A DNA stretch of 64,000 nucleotides from Candidatus Bathyarchaeia archaeon (GCA_035283685.1 DATETJ010000008.1:64629-128628); one strand, 5' to 3'; shown: positions 33,921 through 43,736, counted from the stretch's first letter. Translations and numbers: made by a program. Notes: generated by a model from the sequence alone, not told the origin.

Positions 33921-34859
33921 TCAAGGACATTCTATAGTTTTCGTGACGACATCAAAGAAGATTGGCTTGTCAGTCTTAGCTATTTGAACGATGTGATACG
34001 GTTGAGTAAGCGCTTGCGTCACGATACAGGTGGGACCAGGCCGTGTTTTCTCTATCTTGGCAACTATTGATGAGCCCGTATCGATCAGGTCATAAACATT
34101 GACTGCATACCCACCTGTGTTGACTTCTCCCATGAATGCTGCGATAACCGTGTGCTTTGAAAAGTCTATTGAAGGCGGAGGCGGTGGATCCAGCATAAAC
34201 TGCGCATGTTGGTTCCAGACTTCGATCCAAGTTTCAGTGTCTTGAATAACAAAGTAGGCAGGGTTGATTTGCCCAGAATGCGAGCCTCGGTCAATAGTTG
34301 CGAACTCCAATTTTTCTTGCACAACTGTCTCAAAGCGGCTTACGGTCCAGTCGATGCTGAAACCGGTATATCCTAACGGTGCTTCGCTGCTCAAAACATA
34401 TCGTATCTCCCAGTTGTTCAGGCTGTCAGCTTGAAGCTCCTGCTCCCAATTTATAGCACCCCAACTGAAGCCCACGCCAGTGACGTTGAAACCAATGAAG
34501 TTCGTTGTTCCTTCCGTGGCGATGTCGACGGCCTTGATCTCGACTTTGACTCCTGCCGATCTTAGGCTGGTGTTGTTAACTAGTACTTCTACGTCGAAGA
34601 CTCCTTTAGTCAAATCTACAGCTGGACGCGATGTCGTCTGGTTCACTCCGATTCTCAGCCATGCACCGTTCAGCGTTTCATCTGAATACCAGAACTCTAG
34701 CGACTCGCCGTAAACAACCGGTGTCCTGATGCGGAAAAACCACACGTATGCTGTTGCGCCAACAAGCGAAACCAAGGCGGCGCCCGCTAAGAGCCCAACC
34801 ACTACTTTCCTTGAGAACCTCATCTCACTTTTCATGCTCTTTCCAATATTATGAATCAC
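33921..34859 (-). CDS. secreted/anchored protein with C-terminal PrcB-like domain
   Basis: An N-terminal TM/signal is present. The C-terminal HTVIAAFMGEVNTGGYAVNVYDL...IVTQALTQPYHIVQI resembles the PrcB_C (protease complex subunit PrcB) domain. Confidence 0.6.
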   Translation of the reverse strand: MIHNIGKSMKSEMRFSRKVVVGLLAGAALVSLVGATAYVWFFRIRTPVVYGESLEFWYSDETLNGAWLRIGVNQTTSRPAVDLTKGVFDVEVLVNNTSLRSAGVKVEIKAVDIATEGTTNFIGFNVTGVGFSWGAINWEQELQADSLNNWEIRYVLSSEAPLGYTGFSIDWTVSRFETVVQEKLEFATIDRGSHSGQINPAYFVIQDTETWIEVWNQHAQFMLDPPPPPSIDFSKHTVIAAFMGEVNTGGYAVNVYDLIDTGSSIVAKIEKTRPGPTCIVTQALTQPYHIVQIAKTDKPIFFDVVTKTIECP

Positions 34860-34992
34860 AAATGTCCAGATAGGCTTTTCCCTACACTGTACAACAATAG
34901 TAGGCGTGTATCCGACTGAAAAAGTCGTTGAGCAACCGTTATGTTTCCGTCAAGCTAAAAAACGAATTCGTACAAAGAGCTGATGAACAAAA

Positions 34993-36810
34993 ATGATGAA
35001 TAGGATTCTCATTCTAACCATGACTGTATCATTAATGTTCAGCTCCTTTTCCACGATTACCCAACAACGATCAACGGCTGACCCCTCACAGCTAAGGGCT
35101 CTTAGCAGCCAACACGCACGTTCATCTGATCCCTTCTCAGCCCAATCGAGCGACAGCGTCTTTAAATCCCCTATCTGGGTCAAGGACGCGGTATTCTACC
35201 AGATCTTTCCAGACAGATTCCGCGATGGCGACCCATCAAACAACCCCGTGGACGGTGATCTCCTTTGGAGAGCTTGGAGTCGAGAGGAATCTATCAGCGC
35301 TCTGAAGATGCCTTGGAATGAGATTCCTGAAGAACCTGCAAGAGGCAGAGACTGGTTTGGAGGCGACCTCAAAGGCGTCCAAGACAAGGCTCAATACCTA
35401 GCCGATCTGGGAGTAACAGCCATCTATTTGAATCCGACCATGGATTCCACAGATAACCATGGGTACACAATCATCGACTATAAATCTGTGAACCGTTATT
35501 TCGGCACCCACTCGCGCCTACAAGACGGAACACTTGTTGTGGACCCAGAGAAAAGTCTGGAAGTGTTCAGAAACATGACAAACGAACTGAACAAACATGA
35601 GATAAAAGTGATTCTAGATGGAGTTTTCAACCATGTCAGCGCAAAACACCAATGGTTCGACAGAGACAACGACTTTCAAAGCCAAGGCGCATACGAAAAT
35701 CAAAGCTCACAGTGGTACACATGGTTCAACTTTTACAATTGGCCAAACAGCTACCAAGCATGGCACGGGTTTCTGAACCTACCCGAAGTAACCGAGGTCG
35801 CCGACTTCAAAACCTATGTTTACGGTGACCCGAATGACTCTGTTATCAAGTTTTGGCACGCATTGGGCGTTGACGGCTGGCGCCTCGACACGGGCCAAGA
35901 CATTAACCACTCGTTTTGGAAAGGATTTAGAACGGCTTACAAGCAGCTCAATCATGACGGCTACATCGTTGGGGAATTCTTTGGAGACGCCACACCTTGG
36001 CTACAAGGCGATGAATGGGATTCTGTAATGAACTACAGGTTTAGAGACGCAGTCTTAGAGTGGGCTTTAGGCGGAAATGTCAACGGCTTTGACTTCAAGC
36101 TAACATCGATTATAGATGATTATCCATCTGAGGCATTTTACGCAGCGTTCAACCTTCTGGATTCACACGACACCGAACGAGCCCTTACACGTTTAGGCGG
36201 AGAAAAGAACCGAATGAAGCTGGCAGTGATCTTTCAAATGACTTATCCAGGCGCACCAGTCGTCTATTACGGTGATGAGGTGGGCATGCAGGGGCTAACC
36301 GATCCAGACTGCAGACGCCCTTACCTGTGGCAAGACCTAGGACTAGAGCCTGACCTCAACATGCTGGAGCACTACAAGAGACTCATATCGATAAGGAAAG
36401 GCTACTCTGTCCTGCGAACAGGCACACTGCATACCTTGTTGACCGACAACGCAAACCACATCTACACGCTCGTAAGAGAGGATAACTCCACAAACCCCAT
36501 CGCAGTGCTAATCTACAACAACGGCGTCACCCCACAGACAGTCACCGTGGACCTTTCGAGCTTCTTATCGGACGGCGCCAACCTAACAGATGTGCTCAAC
36601 TCTCAAAAATACAAGGTTCAAGACGGAAAAATCACGGTGCAACTCAGCAGTTTGTGGGCAAGCATCTTAGTGGGAGGAGCTGTCGCGCTACCTGAAATGC
36701 CCGCCATGGCGTTTCCATACTTCTTCCTGGTGGTCATTGTTGCAGTTGCGGTACTCGTTGCAGCAACAACATACATAGTCTTGCGTCCAAGAAAAAGCCA
36801 AGTGACATAA
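34993..36810 (+). CDS. GH13 alpha-amylase family glycoside hydrolase (neopullulanase/cyclomaltodextrinase-like), signal peptide and C-terminal TM anchor
   Basis: The GH13 regions are VILDGVFNHVS, GVDGWRLDTGQDI, IVGEFFGD and LLDSHDTER. The C-terminus FPYFFLVVIVAVAVLVAATTYIVLRPRK is a membrane anchor. Confidence 0.9.
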   Translation: MMNRILILTMTVSLMFSSFSTITQQRSTADPSQLRALSSQHARSSDPFSAQSSDSVFKSPIWVKDAVFYQIFPDRFRDGDPSNNPVDGDLLWRAWSREESISALKMPWNEIPEEPARGRDWFGGDLKGVQDKAQYLADLGVTAIYLNPTMDSTDNHGYTIIDYKSVNRYFGTHSRLQDGTLVVDPEKSLEVFRNMTNELNKHEIKVILDGVFNHVSAKHQWFDRDNDFQSQGAYENQSSQWYTWFNFYNWPNSYQAWHGFLNLPEVTEVADFKTYVYGDPNDSVIKFWHALGVDGWRLDTGQDINHSFWKGFRTAYKQLNHDGYIVGEFFGDATPWLQGDEWDSVMNYRFRDAVLEWALGGNVNGFDFKLTSIIDDYPSEAFYAAFNLLDSHDTERALTRLGGEKNRMKLAVIFQMTYPGAPVVYYGDEVGMQGLTDPDCRRPYLWQDLGLEPDLNMLEHYKRLISIRKGYSVLRTGTLHTLLTDNANHIYTLVREDNSTNPIAVLIYNNGVTPQTVTVDLSSFLSDGANLTDVLNSQKYKVQDGKITVQLSSLWASILVGGAVALPEMPAMAFPYFFLVVIVAVAVLVAATTYIVLRPRKSQVT

Positions 36811-36829
36811 TCTCCCAACAAAATCATCT

Positions 36830-37570
36830 GTGTCGAAGAGAGGGGATCAAGAGTTGCTGACGCTGATCATAGCCGAGTCGGCGCTGGAAACTATACCGGA
36901 GAGTCTCTGGAATCATCCATCTGTTAGGAAGCATTCAAGACTGCATCGAAAGCATCCGAAACTTATGCTTCTAGATCGCTCATATCATCACGCAGCAATG
37001 AAGAGATTGGAACTGAGCGAGAGGAGTGGACGACCTGACATTGTGCACTTCTCTCTGCTCGAGGGTCTGGGTTCTCCGCTCAACAAGGAAAAACTGCTGT
37101 CTATCTACGTGCACACGCTCAACGATTATGTGATATGGGTCAACCCGCAAGCCAGATTGCCGCGAAACTACAGTCGATTCGTCAGTCTAATAGAGCAGTT
37201 GTTCGAGTTTGGGCAAGTTCCGCCAGAAACTCAAGAGCCTTTACTCGCCATAAGACAACAAACTTTGACACACCTTTTAGGACAGATCAGACCATCCTTC
37301 GTTCTGGCTCTAAGCAGAATCGGCAAGCCTCAAACTCTCGAGACAGCCGTTTCAAACTTGGCTGGGCTAGGCAAGCCAACTGTGTTGGTGGGAGGGTTTC
37401 CGAAAGGGCACTTCTCTAAGGCGAGTCTGAAGCTAGCAGACGAAATGATATGCATTGACCCTGAAATGCTGGAAACATGGACCGTGGTGTCCAGAATCGT
37501 CTACGAATTTGAACGTGCCATGTCGCTTCCTGTCAAACGGCTTAACAAAGCTGGAGCACCTACCGTTTGA
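36830..37570 (+). CDS. nep1: ribosome biogenesis methyltransferase Nep1 (EMG1)
   Basis: LIIAESALETIPE...LLDRSYHH...GRPDIVHFSLLEGLGSPLNKE...LYVHT matches Nep1/SPOUT. Confidence 0.85.
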   Translation: MSKRGDQELLTLIIAESALETIPESLWNHPSVRKHSRLHRKHPKLMLLDRSYHHAAMKRLELSERSGRPDIVHFSLLEGLGSPLNKEKLLSIYVHTLNDYVIWVNPQARLPRNYSRFVSLIEQLFEFGQVPPETQEPLLAIRQQTLTHLLGQIRPSFVLALSRIGKPQTLETAVSNLAGLGKPTVLVGGFPKGHFSKASLKLADEMICIDPEMLETWTVVSRIVYEFERAMSLPVKRLNKAGAPTV

Positions 37571-37705
37571 GTTGACGCTTCTCGATTTCAAGCATGATTT
37601 CTATGGCGCCTTGAACGAAATTCGCGCATCTACTCTCCTTCAGCTCTTCAAAACGCTTGTGTCCTTCAGGTGTCCGAAAATCGCAGCCAATGAGGTCGTA
37701 ACAGA

Positions 37706-38041
37706 CTAGACTTCCGAATTTTTTTCAAACTCGGTCATGAAACTCGTGGCAATAGCATATGCTTCAAGTCTGTCTTCTGAGGCTTGTATGCGTCCATGTT
37801 TCATGCCTATAGCCATAAGCGATCCCGTGACACATCCACAGATTGAGGCGCTTCTGGCAATGCCTCCGCCGAAGGGTGTGGCAATCTTGGGAATAAGTGA
37901 ACTGTTTACGCTTTCATGTTCAGCCATTGCTAGTAGAACGCTCTCAGCACAGTTGTAGCCGCCTCGAAACTTGGACGCCGCATTTGCAGCAATCTGCTTC
38001 ATGCTCATTCGCAAGTCCCCTTTTTTCCTGTCAGCAATCAT
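37706..38041 (-). CDS. C_GCAxxG_C_C family (putative redox-active) protein
   Basis: GGYNCAESVLLAM is followed by a later CGCVTG, which gives the family's conserved Cys pattern. Confidence 0.7.
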   Translation of the reverse strand: MIADRKKGDLRMSMKQIAANAASKFRGGYNCAESVLLAMAEHESVNSSLIPKIATPFGGGIARSASICGCVTGSLMAIGMKHGRIQASEDRLEAYAIATSFMTEFEKNSEV

Positions 38042-38173
38042 AAACCTGCTTTACCATATAAACCAAATCTGAAGTGTTGCGGAATCATGACTAGCCAAAC
38101 ATCATCTCGCCATCAACAAACGCGTTTCGAGTAATAGCTTCCAGAACACACACAGCTTCTAATTAAAGCAAGA

Positions 38174-38246
38174 TTGGGGGTTTCGATCGGCATGAGAGAG
38201 AAAGGAGGAAACATCCAGACAACTAGTTTGCCTCATCAACCCCCAA
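38174..38246 (+). repeat. short degenerate copy (a) of a structured intergenic repeat element
   Basis: TTGGGGGTT (38174-) pairs perfectly with AACCCCCAA (-38246). The enclosed sequence CATGAGAGAGAAAGGAGGA...TTTGCC is shared with copies b and c. Confidence 0.45.
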
Positions 38247-38449
38247 CACTGCGTATGATGACAGAGGCATTTAGAGCTACACTTTAGAGCAAACGAAACG
38301 AGTAAGGCGTCGAACTGAATGATGGGCGCCGAGGAGAGTCAACGATAGCAGACATGCAGCATAATGGAAAAGAGTCTATGGGCAAGCTCAGCCTCTTCAA
38401 AGAGCGAAAAGCCTTCAAAAATTGCTCTAAACAAAACACTAAGCATAAA

Positions 38450-38557
38450 GCGCGCGCGGTCTGGAGCGAACCCAAAACTCAGAGGAGTTCTGGAGTGGGA
38501 AGGAGGAGAAGATCCTAACGCTCCAGACATTGGAGAGAATGACTCGGGCACGCGCGC
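38450..38557. other. strong GC-rich compound hairpin in a 1.1-kb gene-free region (candidate structured RNA or protein-binding site)
   Basis: GCGCGCG (38450-56) pairs with CGCGCGC (38551-57). GTCTGGAGCG (38459-68) pairs with CGCTCCAGAC (38519-28). It is followed by the AT-rich palindrome TTAATAT-CATA-ATATTAA. Confidence 0.5.
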
Positions 38558-39125
38558 AGATTAAATCTTATTAATATCATAATATTAAAGCATTCCCCTT
38601 TCCTTCATTCGCGTTCGCACCGGCTTTTCATAAGGAAAAAGCATCTACCTAAAGTCGGCGGCGTGCGCTGATGACGCGACTATCTCCAGCCCAAGCCGCC
38701 ATCAATCCCTCCCGCCTTGTTTAGGCAACGATACGCACCCACAGTCACAACTTGTGATGGCTAGATGTAACCACCAGAAATGCTCTCGGCACGTGCGTCG
38801 CCTTTTATACCCTCAAAAGCGTAAGCTCGCTCGGTGGTGAAAATAACATGGCAAGCTTGGAAAAAGCAGAACTTAAGGCCACGGCAGTTGCAGACCTGGA
38901 AAGAGAAGAAATGATGGCGAAAGCAACAGCACAGTGGACACGGTCCAAAATCCACATCATATAAAAGGTCAATCGCAGGTACAGAACGCGCGGAGGGCGC
39001 AACTGCTTCCTTCTCTCTCCCAACAGCAGACCGGCCTTCTCCGCCGTTCTCACTACACCAAAAAAAGTGGGCTAGGTAGCCCTCAGGCACAGTAGGTTGC
39101 CAATCAGCAAAACAGCCTTACTGCC

Positions 39126-42100
39126 CTACTGCGCCACAGCCACATACACTCTTCTATCATCAAATGAAAACTCGCGCCACTCAACCTTCACTTCGCTTCT
39201 ATCCCTAACAAGACGCACCTGCCCAGCCCGAACCAAACCTGCCATCTCACCCAAAAACGGCTCCAACAACCCCGAAGTTTCCTCATCCAATTCAGCCAGA
39301 AAAACAGCTCCAAGAACATCTGTAGGCGCAAAACCCAACTCCTTGCGCAGCGCCTGCACCCGCCGAGCCAAATCACGCATCACCCCTTCACCCAAAAGCC
39401 TACTATCACGCACAGTGTCCAACAAAACGTGAACATCGCCCTCCGAAGCAACCTTCCAACGCTTCTCCTCAGCCTCAGTGTGCGGAGGATTCAACTCGTC
39501 AAGGTAACCTACACTCTTCACGTTAGCAAGCTCAACAAACAAATCCTCAAGACCACGAAACACTCTCTGCCCATCTTTCGGCACAACAACCACAACCTTC
39601 TGCAACGGCCACCTACGCTTCAACTGAGCTGCCTGCCGAGCCGAATAACTCAACGCCACAACTCGCTGCAACATGGCAAAATCCTGCTCAAGCTCAACAT
39701 TCCGAAGCACCTCATCAGGAACTGGCCAACTCTCCAAGTTCACAGACTCGGGCAAAGTGTTATCCAAAGTACGGCAAACATTCTGATACAGAAACTCACA
39801 TACAAACGGCGTGAACGGATTGAAAAGCAGCACCAGAGTCCTAAGCGTCTGCCACAACGTCGCATAAACAGTCAAGCGCCTGTTCAGCGTCTCGGGGTCA
39901 TCACTCCACAAATCGCGGCGCACCATAGGTACATACTCACGACTGACAGTGTCAACAACAAGCGTTTCTAACGCTTCTGCAGCAAAGTTGAACTCACAGG
40001 TCTCCAGCTTAACGGTGCATTCGCTCACAGCCTGCTGAAGTTTGGACAGGAGCCAGCGGTCCACCGGTCTAAGAACACCGTTCTCCTCAGCCCACTTCAA
40101 CGTGTGCAGCCTAGGATCAAAATGATCGTACTCGGCGTTTTGCATAAAGAAACGATGCAAATGATATAGCGTGCCCAACACTTGGAAGGGGCGTTTAGTT
40201 AGTTCTTTCACGTCGAAGTTCATGGAGTCAACTGGCGAACACTTCCAGAGCGTGTAAAATCGGCAAAGGTCGGAGGAATAATGTTGGAGCAGCGTGTTTA
40301 CATCTAAGACGTTGCCTAGGCTTTTACTCATTTTTCTGCCCTTTGCATCTAACACGAACCCGTAGAAAAGGTAATTTCTGTAAGGCGCTTCAGACTTTTC
40401 AGTCAGCAAGACATGTTCAAGCAGTAGGGTGTTTGCCCAACCGCGTGTTTGGTCAACAGCCTCCACTAGGAAATCTGTGGGCACGTACTTTTCGAATTCT
40501 TTGTCTGAAAAGCGTGCATAAGGACAGGCGCCGCTGTTGTGCCACGTGTCCAGCACAAAAGGCTCACGCTTCATCAAGCCCCCACATTTGCCACACTTCA
40601 AAACCAAACGGTCTACCCATGGCTTGTGCAACTCGAAATCAGCAGGAGGCTCAGAATCCGCCCTATCCATCAGCTCCTTCTTACTGGCAACCAACTCCTT
40701 ATTTCCACAGTTTTGGCAGACCCAAACGGGCAGAGGAGCACCCCACACGCGTTCACGCGAAACACACCACGGCTTACCCTCCCTCAGAAACGAGAGAAAA
40801 CGATTCTTAGGACTTTCAAAAAAGTAACGCACCTTCTCCGCCGCTTCCACAACGCGACTGTTCATCTTATCAGTCCAAAGGAAGTACTCCCTACGCGCCA
40901 ACCACACAAGTTTATGATGGGAACGCCAGCAAAGCGGATACTCATGCGAAACCGTCTTCACCGAGACCAACAGGCCTTTCTTACGAAGCAAATCCACAAC
41001 AACAGAGTCAGAGTCACGAGCAAACAAACCCGCAAACTCACCAGCATCTGCCGTAAACTTAGCTTCATCATCAAAAGGCGCGTAAACAGGCACATTACGC
41101 CTCTTCGCAACCCAGAAGTCGTCCTCTCCATTTCCCGGAGCCAGATGAACAACGCCCGTAGCCGCGGTTACATCAACAAAATCCTCAGTCACCACTGTAT
41201 GAACTAAACGATGCTGATCGAGCTCTCGTTGCTTAAGGACCGCCTCAAGAAACGGATACTCGTACTTGACGCCCTCAAGAGCCTTGCCAGAAACTACCTC
41301 GGCGACCTTCCAACCAGTTACCTTGAGCTCTTCCATCAACAGTTCGACTCGCTGCTTCACCATTATCCATGTTTCTTCGCCCACTTTGACCTTGGCGTAT
41401 TCGGCTTCTGGATGAACAGCCAACATGAGGTCGGTTACAAGAGTGAAAGGCATAGTTGTCCAAACGAGGAAGTACTCGTTCTGGGCGTTTTTCACCTTCA
41501 ATTTGAAATAGAGCGAGGGATCCTCTACTTCTTCATAGCCTAGGCCCACTTCAGCGTTGCTTAACGAAGTCTGGCAATGTGGACAATAAGCCACTATGTA
41601 GTAGCCTTCGCCAAGCAAGCCCTGCTCCCAAGCACGCTTAAGATACTGCCACTCCCGCTCTATATACTCGTCCCGGTAGGTCCAGTAAGCCTTGTCATGG
41701 TTCATAAAAACGCCGAGCTTTGCGTCGGCTTCAAACCACTCCTTGTGATACTTCATAACGGTTTTCTTGCACTCAGCCACGAAGCGCTCTTCGCCCACTT
41801 TTTCAACCAAGTCCTTCTTGTTCTTGACGCCAAGTTCACGCTCAACTTCCAATTCGACTGGTAAGCCTTGGCAGTCCCAGCCTGCCCAAAATGGAACATA
41901 AAAGCCCTGCATGCTCTTCCAACGATAGCGCAGGTCTTTCATCACGCGACCGCGAGCGTGTCCAACATGAGGTAGACCGTTAAGCGTGGGTGGACCTTCG
42001 ACATAACCTAGGACGCCATTGTTGCGTGTCGACCTAAGCTGTTCAAGCTTCTCGCGTACCTTATGTGTCTGCCAGAATTCACGAACTTGCTGTTCCACGT

Positions 42101-42170
42101 CGAGCGGGCGATAGTCCAGGGTGAGCCAACGCTTAGAAGTATCAGCCTTGAATTTGGCGGCCACCTTCAT
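39126..42170 (-). CDS. ileS: isoleucine--tRNA ligase
   Basis: The HIGH-region variant is GPPTLNGLPHVGHA. GWDCQGLPVE and KMSKSLGN (KMSKS) are present, and Zn-type Cys pairs (CPHC, CQNCG, CGKCG) occur. The length of 1014 aa is typical of archaeal IleRS. Confidence 0.9.
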   Translation of the reverse strand: MKVAAKFKADTSKRWLTLDYRPLDVEQQVREFWQTHKVREKLEQLRSTRNNGVLGYVEGPPTLNGLPHVGHARGRVMKDLRYRWKSMQGFYVPFWAGWDCQGLPVELEVERELGVKNKKDLVEKVGEERFVAECKKTVMKYHKEWFEADAKLGVFMNHDKAYWTYRDEYIEREWQYLKRAWEQGLLGEGYYIVAYCPHCQTSLSNAEVGLGYEEVEDPSLYFKLKVKNAQNEYFLVWTTMPFTLVTDLMLAVHPEAEYAKVKVGEETWIMVKQRVELLMEELKVTGWKVAEVVSGKALEGVKYEYPFLEAVLKQRELDQHRLVHTVVTEDFVDVTAATGVVHLAPGNGEDDFWVAKRRNVPVYAPFDDEAKFTADAGEFAGLFARDSDSVVVDLLRKKGLLVSVKTVSHEYPLCWRSHHKLVWLARREYFLWTDKMNSRVVEAAEKVRYFFESPKNRFLSFLREGKPWCVSRERVWGAPLPVWVCQNCGNKELVASKKELMDRADSEPPADFELHKPWVDRLVLKCGKCGGLMKREPFVLDTWHNSGACPYARFSDKEFEKYVPTDFLVEAVDQTRGWANTLLLEHVLLTEKSEAPYRNYLFYGFVLDAKGRKMSKSLGNVLDVNTLLQHYSSDLCRFYTLWKCSPVDSMNFDVKELTKRPFQVLGTLYHLHRFFMQNAEYDHFDPRLHTLKWAEENGVLRPVDRWLLSKLQQAVSECTVKLETCEFNFAAEALETLVVDTVSREYVPMVRRDLWSDDPETLNRRLTVYATLWQTLRTLVLLFNPFTPFVCEFLYQNVCRTLDNTLPESVNLESWPVPDEVLRNVELEQDFAMLQRVVALSYSARQAAQLKRRWPLQKVVVVVPKDGQRVFRGLEDLFVELANVKSVGYLDELNPPHTEAEEKRWKVASEGDVHVLLDTVRDSRLLGEGVMRDLARRVQALRKELGFAPTDVLGAVFLAELDEETSGLLEPFLGEMAGLVRAGQVRLVRDRSEVKVEWREFSFDDRRVYVAVAQ

Positions 42171-42270
42171 TCATCATCAAACACCCGCCACCAACCAGAC
42201 ATAACGCAGCCCAAATATAACTCTTTTGAACCCTAGCTCCGCAATCGTCTCATTGTCTCTGTGAATGCTG

Positions 42271-42663
42271 CTACTGACTTCGCAGTTGCTTTTCCACCTT
42301 TAGTAGGCTTAATATAAGATACCATATTTTGTCGTTGGTATTCGTGATTGCCCGGATGGCTTCTTCGCCTTTTTCAGTCAGCTTGTATACTCTCTTACGC
42401 TCAATCGAAATGCCTGAGATCAGACCGTTCCGTTCCAAAGAAAAAAGTATGGAGTAGATTGTGCCTGAGCTAACCAGAAAACGATATTTGTTGAGAATAA
42501 AGGCCATAACGTCGTAGCCGCTCATTGCGCTCTTGCGCAACTCAGCTAAGACTAGAACATCTAGAAAATTTCTGATTACTCGTTTACGCATTTTCTTAAG
42601 GAATTCTGAAGTTTCCAAGAAACATCGTGTATAGTTACGTCTAATCACATATAAACTTTTCAT
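42271..42663 (-). CDS. PadR family transcriptional regulator
   Basis: VLVLAELRKSAMSGYDVMAFILNKYRFLVSSGTIYSILFSLERNGLISG is the PadR winged helix. The start is more likely the internal ATG at ~42591 (MRKRVIRNF). Confidence 0.8.
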   Translation of the reverse strand: MKSLYVIRRNYTRCFLETSEFLKKMRKRVIRNFLDVLVLAELRKSAMSGYDVMAFILNKYRFLVSSGTIYSILFSLERNGLISGISIERKRVYKLTEKGEEAIRAITNTNDKIWYLILSLLKVEKQLRSQ

Positions 42664-42870
42664 GAAATAAATATATCTTTGGCGCAGGGTATGTATTTTT
42701 CCCTATAAACAGAATAGAGATCTATTAGGAATAGACGGAATCGTCAACGAGGTTTGTGGAAAGATACACGTTTAAGGCGATATTTTGTTTATGTTTACCT
42801 TAGATTTAAACGTATTTTTTGAAGAAAACTCAGAAATGGGCTTGTTTTTCGCTGCCAGCGATATATCTGC

Positions 42871-43584
42871 ATGTTAATAAAGATTAATTGTTGTTTCCAT
42901 GTTTTTCGACTTAGGTGTAGTAGTTTGTTAACGTGGAAAGACTCTTTCGAGAAGATCAACACAGAACTCGAAGTGAACACGCGGAAAAAGCAGGCTTTGG
43001 AGAACTTGCACAGCTCTGGGCGAATCTCTCAGTTTGCTTATGAATGCCTTAACAAAGAGTTGACCGATGACATCGAGCAAATCGAAGTTCAGAGGAAGGC
43101 ATTGTCCGAGAAGATGACTGGCAAGCTCAATGAGTTGGAGGAGCAGCGAATGGCGCTTGAGATGTTTTTGGCAAGCACTGAGATGGCTCATGCGGCTGGC
43201 GAAATCGATGACGAGATTCACGCAAAAGAGGGCACCGCTCTTGATCTGGGGCTCGAGGCGACCAAACAGGAGCTGAACTGGATAAAGGAAGTGATAATTC
43301 AACTCGTTCCAAAAGACACTGAGATGCCACCATTGCCAGCAACCCCGCCAGCGGAAGCAGCTGAGGCGACAACTGCCGAGGTTCCAGTTGAGAAGACAAG
43401 TGAAACAGCGCAGGCCCTACAGGTCGAAGTTCCTGTTGAGGTAACTGCAAAACTAAGCGAAGCCCAAGTTGAGCAGATGCAGACGACCGCGGAGACTCCT
43501 GCAGACACTCAAGCCACAACCAATGAACCGACCACTTCGAGCGAAGAACCCTTTCGTCCTCAAAGCGAAGAAACGCCCAAGTAG
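42871..43584 (+). CDS. coiled-coil protein with acidic low-complexity tail (CdvA-like coiled-coil region, no PRC barrel)
   Basis: Heptad-rich KKQALENLHSSGRISQFAYECLNKELTDDIEQIE...AAGEIDDEIHAKE resembles, from memory, the central coiled coil of CdvA. The C-terminus is P/A/E/T-rich. The N-terminal ~20 aa of the ORF look non-native, so the start is uncertain. Confidence 0.5.
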   Translation: MLIKINCCFHVFRLRCSSLLTWKDSFEKINTELEVNTRKKQALENLHSSGRISQFAYECLNKELTDDIEQIEVQRKALSEKMTGKLNELEEQRMALEMFLASTEMAHAAGEIDDEIHAKEGTALDLGLEATKQELNWIKEVIIQLVPKDTEMPPLPATPPAEAAEATTAEVPVEKTSETAQALQVEVPVEVTAKLSEAQVEQMQTTAETPADTQATTNEPTTSSEEPFRPQSEETPK

Positions 43585-43736
43585 AAAAGAAAGAAGGAAG
43601 GACAGAATCAACCGTCCTTCACCCTAGTTTTTCTTTCATCTCTGCGGAAAGCGAGATTTCCTCTTGCTGCAAATCGCAATGCTGAAATAGTGAATACTCT
43701 GTGAGACGTTTCTGTCTGACCGGAGAATGGACGCGT

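Noticed and set aside
38100-39125. Possible SRP (7S) RNA or RNase P RNA in the 1.1-kb gap
   Set aside because: I looked on both strands for the helix-8 GGAA/AGCA motif context of SRP RNA and for RNase P CR-I (GGAAAGUCC-like) and CR-V (ACAnAAnnnnGnnUA). I found only partial lookalikes: GAGGAAACAUCC, GAAGGAAGCAG, and ACAGAACGCGC with the wrong downstream bases. No complementary P4 strands were present. I cannot call either RNA without a covariance-model search.
39097-41207. Long plus-strand ORFs (39097-39432, 39429-39971, 40343-40810, 40537-40827, 40539-41207) antisense to ileS
   Set aside because: This is the same composition artefact in the A+C-rich patch. They show no recognisable motifs, and the IleRS frame on the minus strand is continuous and motif-complete.
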